Shown here piece by piece: positions 206,110 to 220,368 of a DNA stretch of 248,000 bases. Position 1 is the stretch's first letter, and each line of letters opens with the position of its first letter. This DNA comes from Wallemia ichthyophaga EXF-994 (taxonomy: Eukaryota > Fungi > Basidiomycota): assembly GCF_000400465.1 (NCBI RefSeq), contig NW_008806284.1:20001-268000 (forward strand). Direction: 5' to 3'. Position numbers and translations under genes: made by a program. The notes beneath the pieces are model-generated. The model saw only the letters and a program-made list of their open reading frames with translations, made no database searches and had not been told where the DNA came from.

Positions 206110-208560
206110 CTAATTCTTGTACTTTTTCTGCCTCTTTTCCTCTCTCTTCTCCTGGCGTGATCGATTGTCTAATTCTGGTTTATCATTCTTGTCCGCCTTA
206201 TCCACAATCTCCTCCTTTTCCTCATTGTCCTCTCTAGACTTACGCTTCTTCGCTACTGCTGGTCCTCTTCTATCCTCGTGCTGTTCACCACTCAATGGTC
206301 TATCAACAACTACACCATTAATCACTCGTGCTGCCTTCTTGACATTATTCACCTTGGTCAGCCCTGCATTTTTAACTTCCTCAGCCGTTTTCTCCCTCCA
206401 CTCCTCTATCCTTCTCCTAAACAGTGACAATCCAACCTTCCTAATCAGATACTTACCATACGCCGAGCCTGCTAAAAAGTCTTCGTGTTCGAGCAGTGAG
206501 TTGGCTATCTTCTCTCTAAAATATCCATCTGAAGTCTCGTATATCTTCTCTGCCACCCTGCTACCGACTCTCATATCCGCTAGCAGGTGATACGAACCGA
206601 GTAACTTTAGTCTCAATTTGTGTTTATATTTGAATGTAACAGCCTCTGAATCCATAATTCCATCAATTATACGCGAAGCTGGTGATGAACCACATATCTC
206701 TAGTATCCTTTCCATACTCAGATTTAAGAGGCTGTTCAGTATGGCTTCGTTGTGCGGTGTACCGAGATTGTACAGTGACAGAATTAGCTGTGCGCCTGCA
206801 CTTGTGAATCTGTCCGATTTCCCCTCCTTGTTTGACTGTTCCTTCTCTTCATCAGAGCTGCCTTCTTCGTCTTGATCGTTTTTCTCAAACATATCCTTGT
206901 GGAAGCGGCGGTATGACTGTTTAAAGTGAGCATGTCAGTACGGGCGCTTTTTTCAAACCACACCCACCTTCCATCTCTTCATCTCAAGCATGCACGGTAT
207001 GACATGCTGTGCTTGTGCTGTGCTCCGCGTGCTCAATCCGAAGCAATGCATGATGGCCTGTCAAGTGAGTTATGAATCGTGAGTCATGAGATCATGTGCG
207101 CTACTAAGCCAAAAATCCACTCACAGCCATGACATCCGCCTTAAATACATCCCGAAATACACCCACATCGCAATTCGCCATCAATGGCCCACTTCTATTA
207201 GTCTTGATTAATTTGCTTCCATTCTCGCGCAGTGCTGTTATAGCTCCCGCGAATTCTTTTTCAATGAATGTCCCGCTGAGACCGTTATCATTTCCCATCC
207301 TCTTGAGTGCCTTTGCATATACAAAATTACCGACGGGGTGCTTCATGCATCGCACTCCCCCCTTTCCAGTAAAGTAGAGTTGCCAAATAACCTCAAAAAC
207401 GGCAGAGCTTGAACATTCCATGGCAGTCTCGGTTGTGTGACTTGCAGTAGTGTCGAGTAGCGTAGTGGTTACGTGACTGCTAGCCTTAATTTGACTGATA
207501 TCTTCTGAATTCACCTGTCCTATCAAACCATCCATCCATGAATCCAAAAAGCTATCTGCGTTGTCGTTCTCTTTGTTTTTCTTCTCGTAGTGCAACAGCA
207601 GTTGAAGAATTGGTGCTCCATAATCACTCACCCCAAATGCCCTTATCTCAGCTGGAGAGGAGAAAGAGTCGAATAAAGCTTTGCGAAGCTTGTTAGAAAG
207701 CTCTTTAAAGTGTTTTGGTGGACGGTAGTACTCCTCCGGCTGCTGTTCATTCACGGCATCAAAGTTATCATGTCTGGATAGCCAATATTGTGACTTTTTC
207801 GAACGCTTCATCACGCTGTCGCTTACATCGCCAGATAACAAATGAAGTAAGTATCTGACGGGGTAGGTTGCGTGTGGATTGAGGATATGATCGCCGATCT
207901 TAGGTACTATCTCGTCCACCATCTCCACTATGAGCTTCGTTATAGTGCGTAATTCTCCCGCAGGTTCCTCGCTTTCATTGCTGGGAGGCTTTGCAATGTT
208001 TCCAGAGCTCTCTCTCATGATAGTACCTTTGGAGGACTCGAAGAAAGTCTCCAACACGTGACTGCCGAATCTGTTGCTGATGATGGTATTGATTTCGCCC
208101 ATCAAGGCATCCGCAAAGACCCTCTTCTCGAAATCACCCATGCGCTTGATCATGTGCTCCACCATAAGCGCGCATTCAGGATCAGTTGATAAGCAGAGTT
208201 CGTTTGAAGCCATTTCAGTGAGAGTAGCCTCCATCATCATTGCGTACTCGTCGTCGTCGGCCGTACTGCCATTGGTGAGTCTCTGGTCCATGTCTCTGAG
208301 ATAGCTCTTGAGATCTGGGTTCAAATCACCATAAGGAGTACTAGCTTGCTGGGAATCCAATAGCCAGTTGGGAGCTGCTTGATCTTCTTGCTGTGGGGCT
208401 GCCACGGGTTCCTGCACCGCCTGCTGCTCCTCTGTAGCCTTCTTGGAGATCTTCTTGCCTTAAAAACCCATCAGCTGGATCAACAAGCCACGGCGAATAC
208501 AAAACTCACCTCTCTTCCTTATCTGATCTTTAGGCCTGTGAATCTATTAGCTGCGTGTAT
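206110..208560 (-). CDS. NOP9: Pumilio-repeat Nop9
   Basis: YGDLNPDLKSYL, NRFGSHVLET, EDFLAGSAYGKY. Confidence 0.88.
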
Positions 208561-208634
208561 ACTCGCCCATCTCTCTCACATTAATGTTGGGCGTCGTTTC
208601 TCAACCAACAACGACGACGGTCTAATAAATTTAA

Positions 208635-209121
208635 ATGGCTGGATTGAAATCGATAATAGCACTATCACTCGTACTCGCACTGGGATTTCTACTGGTGATC
208701 CTGAGCTGTGCACTTTGGGGAAATTGGCTGCACTTGCTATCTGGTGGGTTTGTATGGGTGTGGGAGTTGTAGCAGCTTCTTACAAGCCACAGCTTTCCTA
208801 TTCGCGTTTGCGCCGTTCCCAAACTCAATCGCTACTCGAAACACGGAATCCACGATTACCTCCGGTGATGATTCAAATACGTAAGCGTATGACTGTGTTA
208901 TGATATTTAATAACAATCCACTCTCTAGTGCTATTCAAGACTTTTCCAGATTCTTTACCTCCATTATCCTCGTCACCGGCGCTGCAATACCTATCGTACT
209001 TGCCCACGCTGGCATACTCGCAATGACGTCGTCAATCATGTCTGTCACCGGTGGTACACTTATTTACACCACCATCGTTGCCTTTGGTAGCTCATTCCAC
209101 TCTGGTTCTGACGAGTTCTGA
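208635..209121 (+). CDS. VPS55: Vps55/OB-RGRP
   Basis: MAGLKSIIALSLVLALGFLLVILSCALWGNW. Confidence 0.88.
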
Positions 209122-209155
209122 GACATATATATCCCAATGTATCATATAATGCTTT

Positions 209156-210776
209156 TTACTCTTCAATTTGATAGGTACAGTAATCTTGAATGATACTCTC
209201 CAATTTTGAGCTCTTCTTTCCCTTAATCACTACGTTTAAATCGAATTGCTTATCTATCTCATCGTCCACCAGTACCTTTGTCTTGATCGGCCTTCTCGCT
209301 GTCTGTGGTACTGGCTTGGGCGTGTTTGGTGCACTTTGTTTCATTCTTTCTGTCGGTGCTGCTACCTTGTAGCTCACCTCATCGATGGACGCCAACCGTT
209401 GCAATAGTTGGTCTGCCTCCTGCTCATCTCTTCTCGCCTTGGCCAGTCGCAGCCGTTGCTCCAGTTCTGCTTTCTCAAGTACTGCGCTCTTCTTCGTAGT
209501 ACCGCCCATAACATCAGATTTCTTCTGGAGCTTGAAATTGATGTCATCCTGTAAACATTGTCAGCTAATATCCTTATTTCAACAAAACCTTTCTCACATC
209601 TGTCCAAAATCGCTTCCTAGTATCTTCAATCTGCCTTCTAACCTTATCGAGTGATTTCCGTGTTGGTAATTTCGCCCTCTCGTCTTTGGCGTGTGCAATG
209701 AATCTATCAAATTCCCTATCTGTACACCGCGAGTTAGATACTTTAGACATAGGGCATATCTTGCTTGTTTTGCCCTGCCTGAGGACAAGTTGCTGATTTG
209801 TCATCGTATTTCCTTCAATTGCGTAGGGTTTGACGAGGCTGTCACCAAGGCCTGTGAAAATTAGCATTCCTATACCCGTCAAAAGCACTCCACCCACCAA
209901 TAACCTCACAAAGTCGATAGTCTGGCTTTCCATCGGATTCTCCGAGCAGATATCTAACGAAAGTGCCTTTGATAAAGTCTTCGAAGAATGGCGCATAGCA
210001 GAATTCGACGAGGTTAGTACGATTGATCATCACCCTAAGCACATCAGCTTTCTCGAGTGGTTTGTCGTCTTCCATATCGTGCTTGCTAACCTCACCTTCT
210101 TCCGAATCGTCGGAAGAGTGTACTGAGCGCGCGCGACCGCCGTAATCCTCATCGTCGTCATCCTCCTGTGTCGTGTGAGCATTGCTAGTTTACAAAGATA
210201 CCACCGCGTACATTCCTCGATCTCTTCTTGGTCTTTGCTTCACGCTTACTCTTGAGCTCCTCAAGCTTGCTCTTTTTCTCGGTTGTAGCGCCTGTCTGGG
210301 TGTGGCTACGCTTCGCAGCTGAAGCCACGTTATCTTCACCACCCGCCTGGGCAGCAGAAAAGAGTCTGTTGATATTCAGCGAATCCTTGTACTTTTGCAT
210401 CTCCTCCTGTCGAGAAGCGAGGATATCCTCACGCTCGAGTTCATCGAGATCGAGAAGCCTGAATATGTAAGCGTGGTGGCCGTAACACTGCGATCCACCC
210501 ACTTTGCTCTATCCGCTGAGTTCTTATACTTGCCTTCTAGAGGATATGGATTCTCGCTGTCTGCGGGTTGATCGACTTCCATGAGCGTATCCTTGCCGGC
210601 GTTGTCCTCTTCGCCGCTATCGCTGAGCCTGGGTGCTTGTCAGCGTAACAACACTTGCAAACAGCCTCCTCGCGCACCCTTCCTCCTCCTGCTTCGATAG
210701 CTGCTCATCAGCGCCATCGTCATCCCCTACGAGACCCAACAAATCAGCGTCGAGATCGTTATCCACATCGGTCATA
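209156..210776 (-). CDS. RTF1: Paf1C subunit Rtf1 (Plus3)
   Basis: NPYPLEGKYK, EREDILASR, FVRYLLG..YRLCEV. Confidence 0.88.
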
Positions 210777-210865
210777 TTTTTTATCTCAAGATGGTTCGGG
210801 TTAATGACGCGACGTCGTACCCATCCCCATCTCGTTGATATAAACGTCGAGATAGAAAAATTGAT

Positions 210866-212126
210866 GAAAACTGTTTCAACGGCTCCACTGGCTGGCTACA
210901 ACCTCGCTTATTCCCCTTTTCATAAATCTAGATTGGCTGTAGCATGCGCAGCCAATTACGGTGAGTGATAAGACGCACGCAATCGCCGGCAATTATAGCT
211001 TTATAGGCCTCGTTGGAAATGGCAGGCTTAGAGAGTATAGCTACGATCTACACGGCGATCTTTCTCCCCACTCATCGTGAGCCGTTTCTCTGGTATCGGA
211101 TACTTTTAATTGCCGAGACAGTTTCGACACTCAAGACGGTCTATTCGATTTGGCGTGGTCTGAACTCCATGAGAACCAGATCGTGACTGCAACTGGCGAT
211201 GGCAGCGTGCGGCTATTCGATACGCAGATTCCTGTGGGTGGTTCTATGTCCACTCAGCCGCACACACTCATCCACCGCGCAGAAATTCCCAATTAGGGCG
211301 TGGCATGAGCATTCTAGGGAGGTTTTCGGCGTCGACTGGTCACCAACAGACAAGACGCAGTTTGCGACGTACGTCATTGAGCTGATATCATCCATATCAC
211401 TCACAGCTAACGTCATTCCAGTGCTTCTTGGGACGGCACTGTTAAAATAGTGAGGAGACTCCACTCGCTCTCTCTTAGTTCACCACTCACTGCCACCAGT
211501 GGACACCCGATAACACCCACTCACTGCTCACACTTCCTGCGCACGATGGATGCGTCTACTCTGCCATATACAGCCCCCATCAGCCATACTGTCTAGCCAC
211601 CTGCGGATCAGACGGCAAGCTTCATGTATGGGATCTGAGAACACCTCAACGCCCAGCGACGTCACTGGCTGCCTCACCAACAGAGCTGCTATCGCTCGAT
211701 TGGAACAAGTATATCCAAGGCACGCTAGCCACTGGCAGCGTCGACAAGAGTATCAAAGTGTGGGATATACGGCAAGCGAAATGTCTCAATAACCTCCATG
211801 GACACGATTTCGCTATTAGGAGGGTGCAATTCTCGCCCCATGTACCCAATCTCATTGCCAGCGCATCTTATGACATGAGCGCAAGAGTGTAATTACCTGC
211901 CTCGCCGTTTGATCCACTCAATTAACGTGTTTTAGGTGGGACACTAGCGTTAACGCGTGCATTCATATCCATGATGCTCACACCGAGTTCGTCACAGGGG
212001 TCGCCTGGTCTCTATTTGATCCCTTGGTGCTGACTACTTGTGGATGGGACTACAAGGTGCACCTGCTCAGCCTCAAGGACCTGAATAGGCCGAACAACAT
212101 GAGGAACATCAGCAACAAGAGGTGAT
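210866..212126 (+). CDS. PEX7: PTS2 receptor Pex7
   Basis: YSPFHKSRLAVACAANYG, WHEHSREVF, AHTEFVTG. Confidence 0.9.
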
Positions 212127-212182
212127 ATACCAACTATACTATACAACTACTGTACAAATCATTTAAACGACCCAATTTGTAA

Positions 212183-212914
212183 CTACATGTGATGCCTCGA
212201 TGATATAATTCCCATCGTAGGCTTAGCGTCCTGTCCGACGACTTGAGCATTTCCGTCAAAGACAGGTTTCGCTGGGTAAAGAAGCAACGATCTGCTGCTC
212301 AGCGGCCTCGTCGCGTAGGCCAAGATGCCCTTTGCTATGTGATCCGTCGAACGCTTTGCCTGTGTGAGTGTGAGTGTTAGTGTGATTGTGAGTGTGAGGA
212401 TAACAATCCAATGACGTACGCTGTACCAATACATTAGCGGTATATCGGCATTATACGCCATCAACCATCTTTTCGCCTCTACAGGATTCATCTGATGCTG
212501 GAGATGCAAATCGCCTGTGCGCATGTCAGCGACGCGTACATACACCCCAACACACCACGCACTCTTCGACAAGACGACGTACACGAGATTCCTGGCAATC
212601 AAGTATTGCGGTATATTCTTCATTTGCGTCGTAAAGTCTTCCATATGCTCCAAGCAGCTCACAACTATCACGAATAACTTGTGGTGTGGATGCTCGAAGT
212701 AGTGCTGATTAGAAATTGGGTCGCTGAGTTGGCTGCATCTTGTGAGCTCTGATTTCACATCTGTCTCCCTCATCACCCTCACATTCTCAGCCTCTGCTTA
212801 TCCCCCGCTAAATCTGCCACCCTCTTAGCAAGCTCTATCTTCCCAGAGAGTGATGATCCCGTTATCTGGATTACGCGTTAGATTTGATGGGCTGTGTTAA
212901 TATTTAATCACCAT
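212183..212914 (-). CDS. Small GTPase-fold protein, possibly CENP-M-like
   Basis: Possible first exon ITGSSLSGKIELAKR; hydrophobic pattern resembles CENP-M. Confidence 0.3.
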
Positions 212915-213124
212915 CAATTTGCAGTTCGGTAGCTGCTCCGCTTTTGTCACGTCCGCCATATCGTTGAGAGTAATTAACGCGTTAGCTTGCCTATAAGTTG
213001 CATACAAAAATTATACACGCTTGAACATCTATCTATTGCTCCCATAATACATTTATTAAATCCCTTCAATGTCTATATGCGCTGCGTAGACTTAACTCGA
213101 AACTATTAATAAACATTCCTAGTC

Positions 213125-215600
213125 CTAAATCTCACTCAGACTAGCTTTGATTGCCTCTTCTAGCTGCGCCTCGAAATTCTGATCCACGTTTTCGGCTACC
213201 TGTGAGTAGCTCGGAGGTTCGGGATTCTCTTCCTCTATCGCCTCTTCTTGAGGTGCGACTGGCGCATACTCACTCCTCTTGCCCTCCTTCTTGGTCAGGT
213301 TGTTCGTATCACTATCGCCTTCTAGATTTATAGCATCTTCAATGTGCTGCTTTGAGGATCCTTCGATTGGCTCATAGGGAAAGTCACCCTCATACTGCTT
213401 TTCGAGATCCTCGCTTTTCTTTATTTCATCCAATATCGCTTCCATTTCGCTTTCTTCTCGCATCTTCTTTTGATTCTCTTCCTCTTCTTGGCTGATCATC
213501 ATAATGTCTGTCGCGGGATTAGTGCGATGGAACGTAATGTGAGTAACTCACACTCTAAGGTCTCCGATTCATCTAGTCCTAAATTCTCCAAGCGGCCAAG
213601 AGTCTTCATCATATTCTGCTTTCTATCCGCTTCACTCTCGGAAACATCGTCGGTTTCGTCTTGCATCACAAGTGACTCTCTTATCTCATCCCGCACATCT
213701 GACGAGTCTGTCAATGGTTAGTCTTTTGGTGATACTCGAGAAGCAACAGCTACAGTCACGGCAATACTCACACTGATTCTTCTGCGCAACTCCCTTATTC
213801 GAGCCTCTCCATCCTTTACCTCTAGTTTTAAAATCTTTTATACCCCCAGCTTTCCATGCAATTACTTTGTTGCCGATAGCAGCGACGACAGCAAATTCAT
213901 CCGCTACTATTCCGCTGACAGCAAACGCGTTCTCGTCTTCCGTCGATGCCTCATTTGTGGCCAGATACCGAGAGAGATGACGAGTCGATGATGTTTGATT
214001 GAATGATCTTATGGCATCACCGGTGAGTGGATCGTGCGCAATGAGCACTCCATCTGCAGCACCAGTCAGTAGAAGTAGAGGCGTGAGAGAGATGGTGGTT
214101 ATCTTTGAGTGGTGTCCGCCAAATATTCTCAACGGCTCTATCACCTGATCCGACCTCGCATCCCAATCCCATACACACGTCCTTCCGCTAGAGTCACCAG
214201 CTACGACTGCCCTTCTATGTTTTAATATCTGATCTTTTGTGTTAAATGAGGAGCCAATGTTGAGTGCATCAGAGAAATTGTTGGTGGAAGACGCACTTCT
214301 ACTCAATATCGGAGTTGAAAGTGGCGAGCACTTGCTGAGATCGTTGTTCAAATAGAAAGATGTGAGTTCGGATATTGGACCAAGCCCAAAGATTCTCTTC
214401 TTTTTAGTCTCAATGTCATGCCTCTCGAAGAAGGTCTCTGGCTTGCGATATATCAGAACGCTCACGTCGTTAGGACCTTGAGTGTCTAGTAGAAGTTTTG
214501 AGATTGGTAAGTATTTAGTGAAGCTTCCAAGAGAAGTATAAGCTACACGGTGTTCTTCTATTGTGTCTCTGGGGTTTTCTTCACTGATACATGCCTCAAT
214601 TGGCATATTACTCCATACTCTGACTGTTCCACTCTCATATCCAGCAGCGATAGAACAACTCGTGCTATCGTAAGCTACTTGTGTTACTGAATCTACGTGC
214701 GCCAACTCCTCTCCTTTGGAGTTGAGTAGCTTTTTGACGTCTGAGCTCCATATACAACGCAGCTCAGGCTCATTCGACCACAACTTAACGACGCCATCCA
214801 TGCTGCCGCTGACGAAAGAGGGCGCAGCCCAAGCGCTCTTTGAGAGAGTCGTTGATGGATGAGAAAGACAAGTGACAGGTCCATAGTGAAAATCACGGCT
214901 AATGTTTTGATGTGTTGCTAATCCGCTGCCTCGCACACCCCACGCAGATGCAGCTCCAGAGCCGTGCTGCAAAGCACTTTTAGCGATCTGGGTGAAACCG
215001 ACAAAACCAGAAGCAAAGCCCCAAATGACTCTGCCATCACTGGACAGCTCTACAGTAGAGGCATCGTTGGGGGCCATTCCTGGTGCAAGAATGTAGCCTT
215101 TGGCTAGCTTACCACTGAAAGGCTCCGATCTACTCAAGCAGGCGTGCATGAGGGATACGGAGATGAGTCTTCGCGGGGTGAGTTCCGGGTTTGTAATGGT
215201 GGACAAATCGAGAGATATCTGGTGTATAGTAGCGACTCTGGGGTTGTGAGTGATAAGCGGGGCCTTCGATTTCTTCCAGCGACGGATGTAGATGGACCGC
215301 CTAACGAATTCCTCTTTCCATGAGCTGAATCTGCCCGAGATTCTCGAAGCGATGATAGAAGTGAACTTTGAGTTCTCCTCTGAAGGTTGTATGCCTAGAA
215401 AAGAGAAGGCAAAGGCACGGCGCCAAGCAGCGTCATCGGTAGCAGTGTGATGGAGGGACTTGTTCGTAAGAGAAACAGCGATAAGGGAGCCAGGATCGAG
215501 ATAGGTGAGGATATGGAGGACAAGATCGTGTGGGAGATGGAACAGGAGAGAAGGGAGATGTGTGTCGTCGTCCTCGTCGTCGGTGGCTGATTGGGGGATT
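213125..215600 (-). CDS. F-box/WD40 protein
   Basis: F-box LPHDLVLHILTYLD; FSWKEEFVRR; WD repeats; UIM-like tail. Confidence 0.75.
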
Positions 215601-215735
215601 AAGTCATAGCCAGACAGAGCCAGCCGAACTCACAATTAGAATGAGAATAGAGGTTATTTGACATTTAAATCAAATTAAATAATTATTTAAATTAAATCAA
215701 GATGATCGTTATCAACTAACACCCAAGTCGTCGGT

Positions 215736-218700
215736 GTGAGATGGCAGCCCCTGCGCTCCAAAACTACCAGATTGGCGATTGCTTGGGGAAGGGGGCATTT
215801 GGCAGCGTCTACAGGGCTCTCAATTGGACCACTGGAGAAACGGTGGCTGTCAAGCAGATCCAGCTGAGTGACATTCCCCATTCCCAGTTGGGCGAGATTA
215901 TGGTGGGTATATAACGATTTCTTGGGTCAAGCTAACTCGGTAATAGTCGGAGATAGATCTCCTCAAGAATCTCCATGTGAGTTGTTGTCTACTGCGTACA
216001 CCACCACTCATCTCCCAAGCATCCACGCATAGTGCGCTATGGCGGTTTCGTAAAGACGAAAGATGCTCTGTTTGTTATCCTTGAGTGGGTTTTGTTGGTT
216101 TTGTTGGTTTTGGTGATGCAATCATCTAATCTGCTCCAGGTACTGCGAGAACGGTTCCCTGGCTTCGATCTGCAAGCGTTTCGGTAAATTCCCCGAGGCG
216201 CTGGTGGCCGTTTACATATCACAAGTCCTCGAAGGTCTCCAATACCTCCACGATCAGGGTGTATGTCATCGTGATATCAAGGCTGCCAATATCCTCGCAA
216301 TCAAGGACGGTAAAGTCAAACTCGCGGATTTCGGTGTAGCTACACAAGCACACCTAGCAGATAACTCTGTAGTTGGTAGCCCCTTCTGGATGGCTCCGGA
216401 GGTCATTGAACAGTCCGGAGCGAGCACTGCATCCGATATTTGGAGCGTAGGCTGTGTCGTGATTGAGCTGCTAGAGGGGCGCCCACCATACTCACATCTT
216501 CCTCAAATGAGCGCACTCTGGGCTATCGTTCAACACGACCAAATGCCAATCCCAGAGGGTTCCTCACCCGTTGTCAAAGATTTCCTCCTCCATTGTTTTC
216601 AAAAAGATCCTAATTTGCGTGTCTCAGCTAAGAAACTACTCAAGCATCCTTGGATCCGCCAAATTAACTCGCCAGACAAAAGTAATACCAAGTTTACCCA
216701 ACTTTATAGAAGAAATACCCCAACTGAGGACCACGAAACTTACGACAACGCCGTACAGAAGGTGCAAGAGTGGAATGAGGCTTTAAAATCCCCGCCTAAA
216801 AGCTCAAAGACTAAGTCGCTCTTCCCTGCTCGTGATAGCAAGTCTACTTTCTCTCCGCTACGAAGATCGTCTCTTAACAATGATAGTCCCAACCCCGCTA
216901 CGGTATCAAATCAACCGCCTGCGAAACCATTCACGGTTAGGAATGACAATAGAGAGAATGTCCTCAGTAAAACGCAGGAGGATGAGGAAGACAATTGGGA
217001 TGCAGACTTTGCTGGCACAATCTCCTTTTCGAAAGCACAGGATGCAATTTCAGGTGACACTGGCAAATCAGACGATAATACCCAAACTATAAAACCAAAC
217101 TCGAGGAAAGCCAGCGAGGATCACAGCATAACGTCACGTATACCTAATAAGATAATTGAAGATTACTCTGACCTCGGCGGAGATGAAGATGACATTGTAC
217201 TCAGCGAGAAGATATCAAGTTTGAGGTTGAAGGGTGGCCTCTTCCATCCAAAGGACCTAGGCAGGCTGAGAGAAGAGCCATCACCACCATTGCAATCGTC
217301 GTTTAACATACCACAGAAGAAGCCATCTCTACCAAAACGCCCCTCTCCTCCAACATCGCTGCGTTCTCACAGCAGATCACGCTCAAGTATATCCTCCTTG
217401 CCAGCGCCATCGACAGAGCAAACAAGGAAAACGAGCGATCTGGCAAAGTATTCTGAAGTTGACGACGAAGACTTTGACGATGTTTTTGGTAAAGCGCCGC
217501 CATCAGTGTCAGGTGAAAGTGGGCAAACGCTACAACTGACGACCAAGTTGTCTAATAAATCGTGGCTCGGTGACGACGTAGCCGATGATGAGGATCCATT
217601 TGCACAAATTGAGGATGACTTTGCCGAGAACGATATTGAGTCAAACTTGGTCAGAGATAGACATGCAAGGTTATGTGCTATGGTCGCTGAATTAGTCGAT
217701 CAATTAGAGGCTGGTAAGTCTGAAGAGAAGCTGAATGAAATGCTTGACGAGTTGTTGCACATACTCGAAGAGTTCCCGGATATGTATATGCAATTTGTTG
217801 CAGCCAGGGGCATGCTTTCATCACTCGAGGTTCTAGAAAGTAAACCCAGCAAAGATGTAATTTACAAGCTGCTGAGGATAATAAATCTCATTGTCTCGGT
217901 CGATCCTGGTCTTGTTGAGTCATTCTGCCTCGTCGGGGGTATAGCGGTGGTGATGACTTATGCGAGCAAACGTTATTCGCATGAACTTCGGCTGGAGGCT
218001 GCGTCGTTTGTAGGCCATGTTACCCACACGAGCGTCTTGACGCTGCAGATGTTTATAGCGTGTCGAGGGTTTAGAGTCCTTGTCGATCTGCTGGATGAGG
218101 AAGCGCAGGAGCTGGTATACGAGGCAGTCTCAGCAATCTCTAGTGTATTCGAATCACATTCCCTTACTACAAAAACGGACTTTTGTAGGATATTTGCTAA
218201 GGAAGGTCTTCTAGAGCCACTTTCTAGTGCTCTTACTACGGCACTTAGGGAGACATCTGATGAAGGTGCGCAAGTGAGGGACATCTCAAGCAAGATCTAC
218301 TTGCTGTTTGCGCAAGTGGGACAGAACGACAACGTGGTCTTGAATGCGTTGGGCACACGCAGCATTCTAAGACGCCTTCTAAAGGCGTGTGAGAGTTTAT
218401 GTGACAAGGACAAGATGTCATCCCTGCTGATCACGCTGTTAAAGACGTTCAAGCATATATCGACATCGGCGGGAATGTTGGATGTGCTGCAAAACAGCAA
218501 CGCAATTGAAGTATTTGTCAGAGTGCTCGACAAGCGTAAGGAGGGAGAGCGGAGTAGTGAAATTTCGTCGCAAGTGCTGCAGATATTCTACTCACTTACA
218601 CGACTTTCACCAAGCAGACAAGAAGAGGCGGCACAGGCGGGATTGATACCACTGTTGAAGAGAGTTTTTGAAGTTTCATCGCCGCTGAAGCAATTTGCAT

Positions 218701-219385
218701 TGCCAATACTATGTGACTTTGCGCATGCTGGGAAGAGCTGCCGAGCGCTGCTTTGGAAACACAACTGCTTGGATCTCTACATTCTACTATTGCAAGATGC
218801 ATACTTCCAAGTTTCGGCGTTGGAGGCAATACTCATCTGGCTGCAGAATGAGACTGATAGAGTGGAGGGTCAGTTGCTTCAGCCAAGACCACTGGAAAGT
218901 CTGTTGACTATGTTCGTACAAGCCAAGGCCAACTCGTTCGAAGCAAGTCTGGAACCGATACTGAAAATGTGCAGGATCAGCAGGGGATTGGTTCTGGGAG
219001 TTGCGAAAGCAAGCTTCTTTAGGAAGCTCATTGATAAGCTCTCGCACACGAAAGCGCTCGTCCGGCTAAACTTGCTCCGTATACTGAGGCTGGTGCTGGA
219101 GGTGCATCCCAACTGTAAGAGTATTGTAGAGGAATATAGATTGATAGAGGTAGGTGACGTAAATCTCGGTTACATTAACTCACAAAATTGCAGGTGATAA
219201 GCGAGCTTGGAGTGAAGGATAGTGCGATACTGGTTAGGGAGTTGAGTAAGGAAATATCGAATGAATTGAAGGCTGGAAAATACACAAGCCTGGCAAGGGA
219301 GCGAAGATCGACATCGGACAACGGCGTTCTGGGAGCGAGCCGCGCGTACAGGCCGCACAGGAGGATACCGTCACGAGGATTTTGA
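215736..219385 (+). CDS. CDC15: SIN/MEN kinase Cdc7/Cdc15/SepH
   Basis: GKGAFGSVYRALNW, HRDIKAANIL, armadillo C-terminus. Confidence 0.92.
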
Positions 219386-220368
219386 GACATAGATGCATGA
219401 GCGGAGATACTAAAATTAATTGTGCGTTTAGGTGTGCATTTTGTGTGCAATTAGAGGTTAATGTGTGAATATAAAGAAAAATCTAATAATAAATTTGCAT
219501 TTCGTGCGTAGAAGGACAGAAGCCGAGATAAGGGCTAAGCTAAGACAAGGGGAAGGAGTGAAAGAATAGAGCTTGACAGACCAATAAACTACAGACACAG
219601 AAAGTAGGTAGACTAATAGCAATTTAACTATTATCAATAATTTGCGGGGTCTCGGCAACAAAATCGCTTACAAGTGAGGGGCAACAAGTGAGATACCGCA
219701 TTTGAAAGGAATAGCGGGTGAGTGTAAAAAGGGTGAAAGGAATTCAAGTGTTTAGCCCGCTAGAAGGCGGACTGTGCACGATGTAACACGTCGCATGATC
219801 CCCGCTGGTCGATCACACTGTACCAATTGCGGGGATGAGCCGCAAAAAGAAGTGACGATAGAGGATGGCGACAAGAATGTCAAGTAGAATCAGTGTGACA
219901 AGTGCTGCGCAAGGAATGTTGGGCGTAGATGAGATTTGTAGTGTGCCTGGCAAAAACTTCAGGGGCTTCTTGAGACCGGCAGAAGATCCGAGAGCGCCTA
220001 GAAATGAGGAGGAGGCGGGAGCAATTAAGTAAAGTAGTGGGATGGAAAACTAGAATGACACTGCAACTATTTTTAAGCACTTAAAAGTGATTACGTGCGT
220101 AAAGTCACCAATACGTCAGCCAATCAGGGGCCACGAAAAAGGGAGACAGAAGAAGAGCAATAGGCAATGTATATGAAAACAGACGCGTAAAATATTATTA
220201 AAATTAACATAATAAATCCGGTAAATTTTGATTTTTTTTTAAATCCCCAACAATTAAATTGCGGCGAGGAGAAATCTTTTTCTTCAACTTCCACATTGAA
220301 ATAAAAAGTCCAGCCACCCTTTCACTTTAAACACATTTAAAAGCTCAAGCAGGGCAATTAAAATAAAG

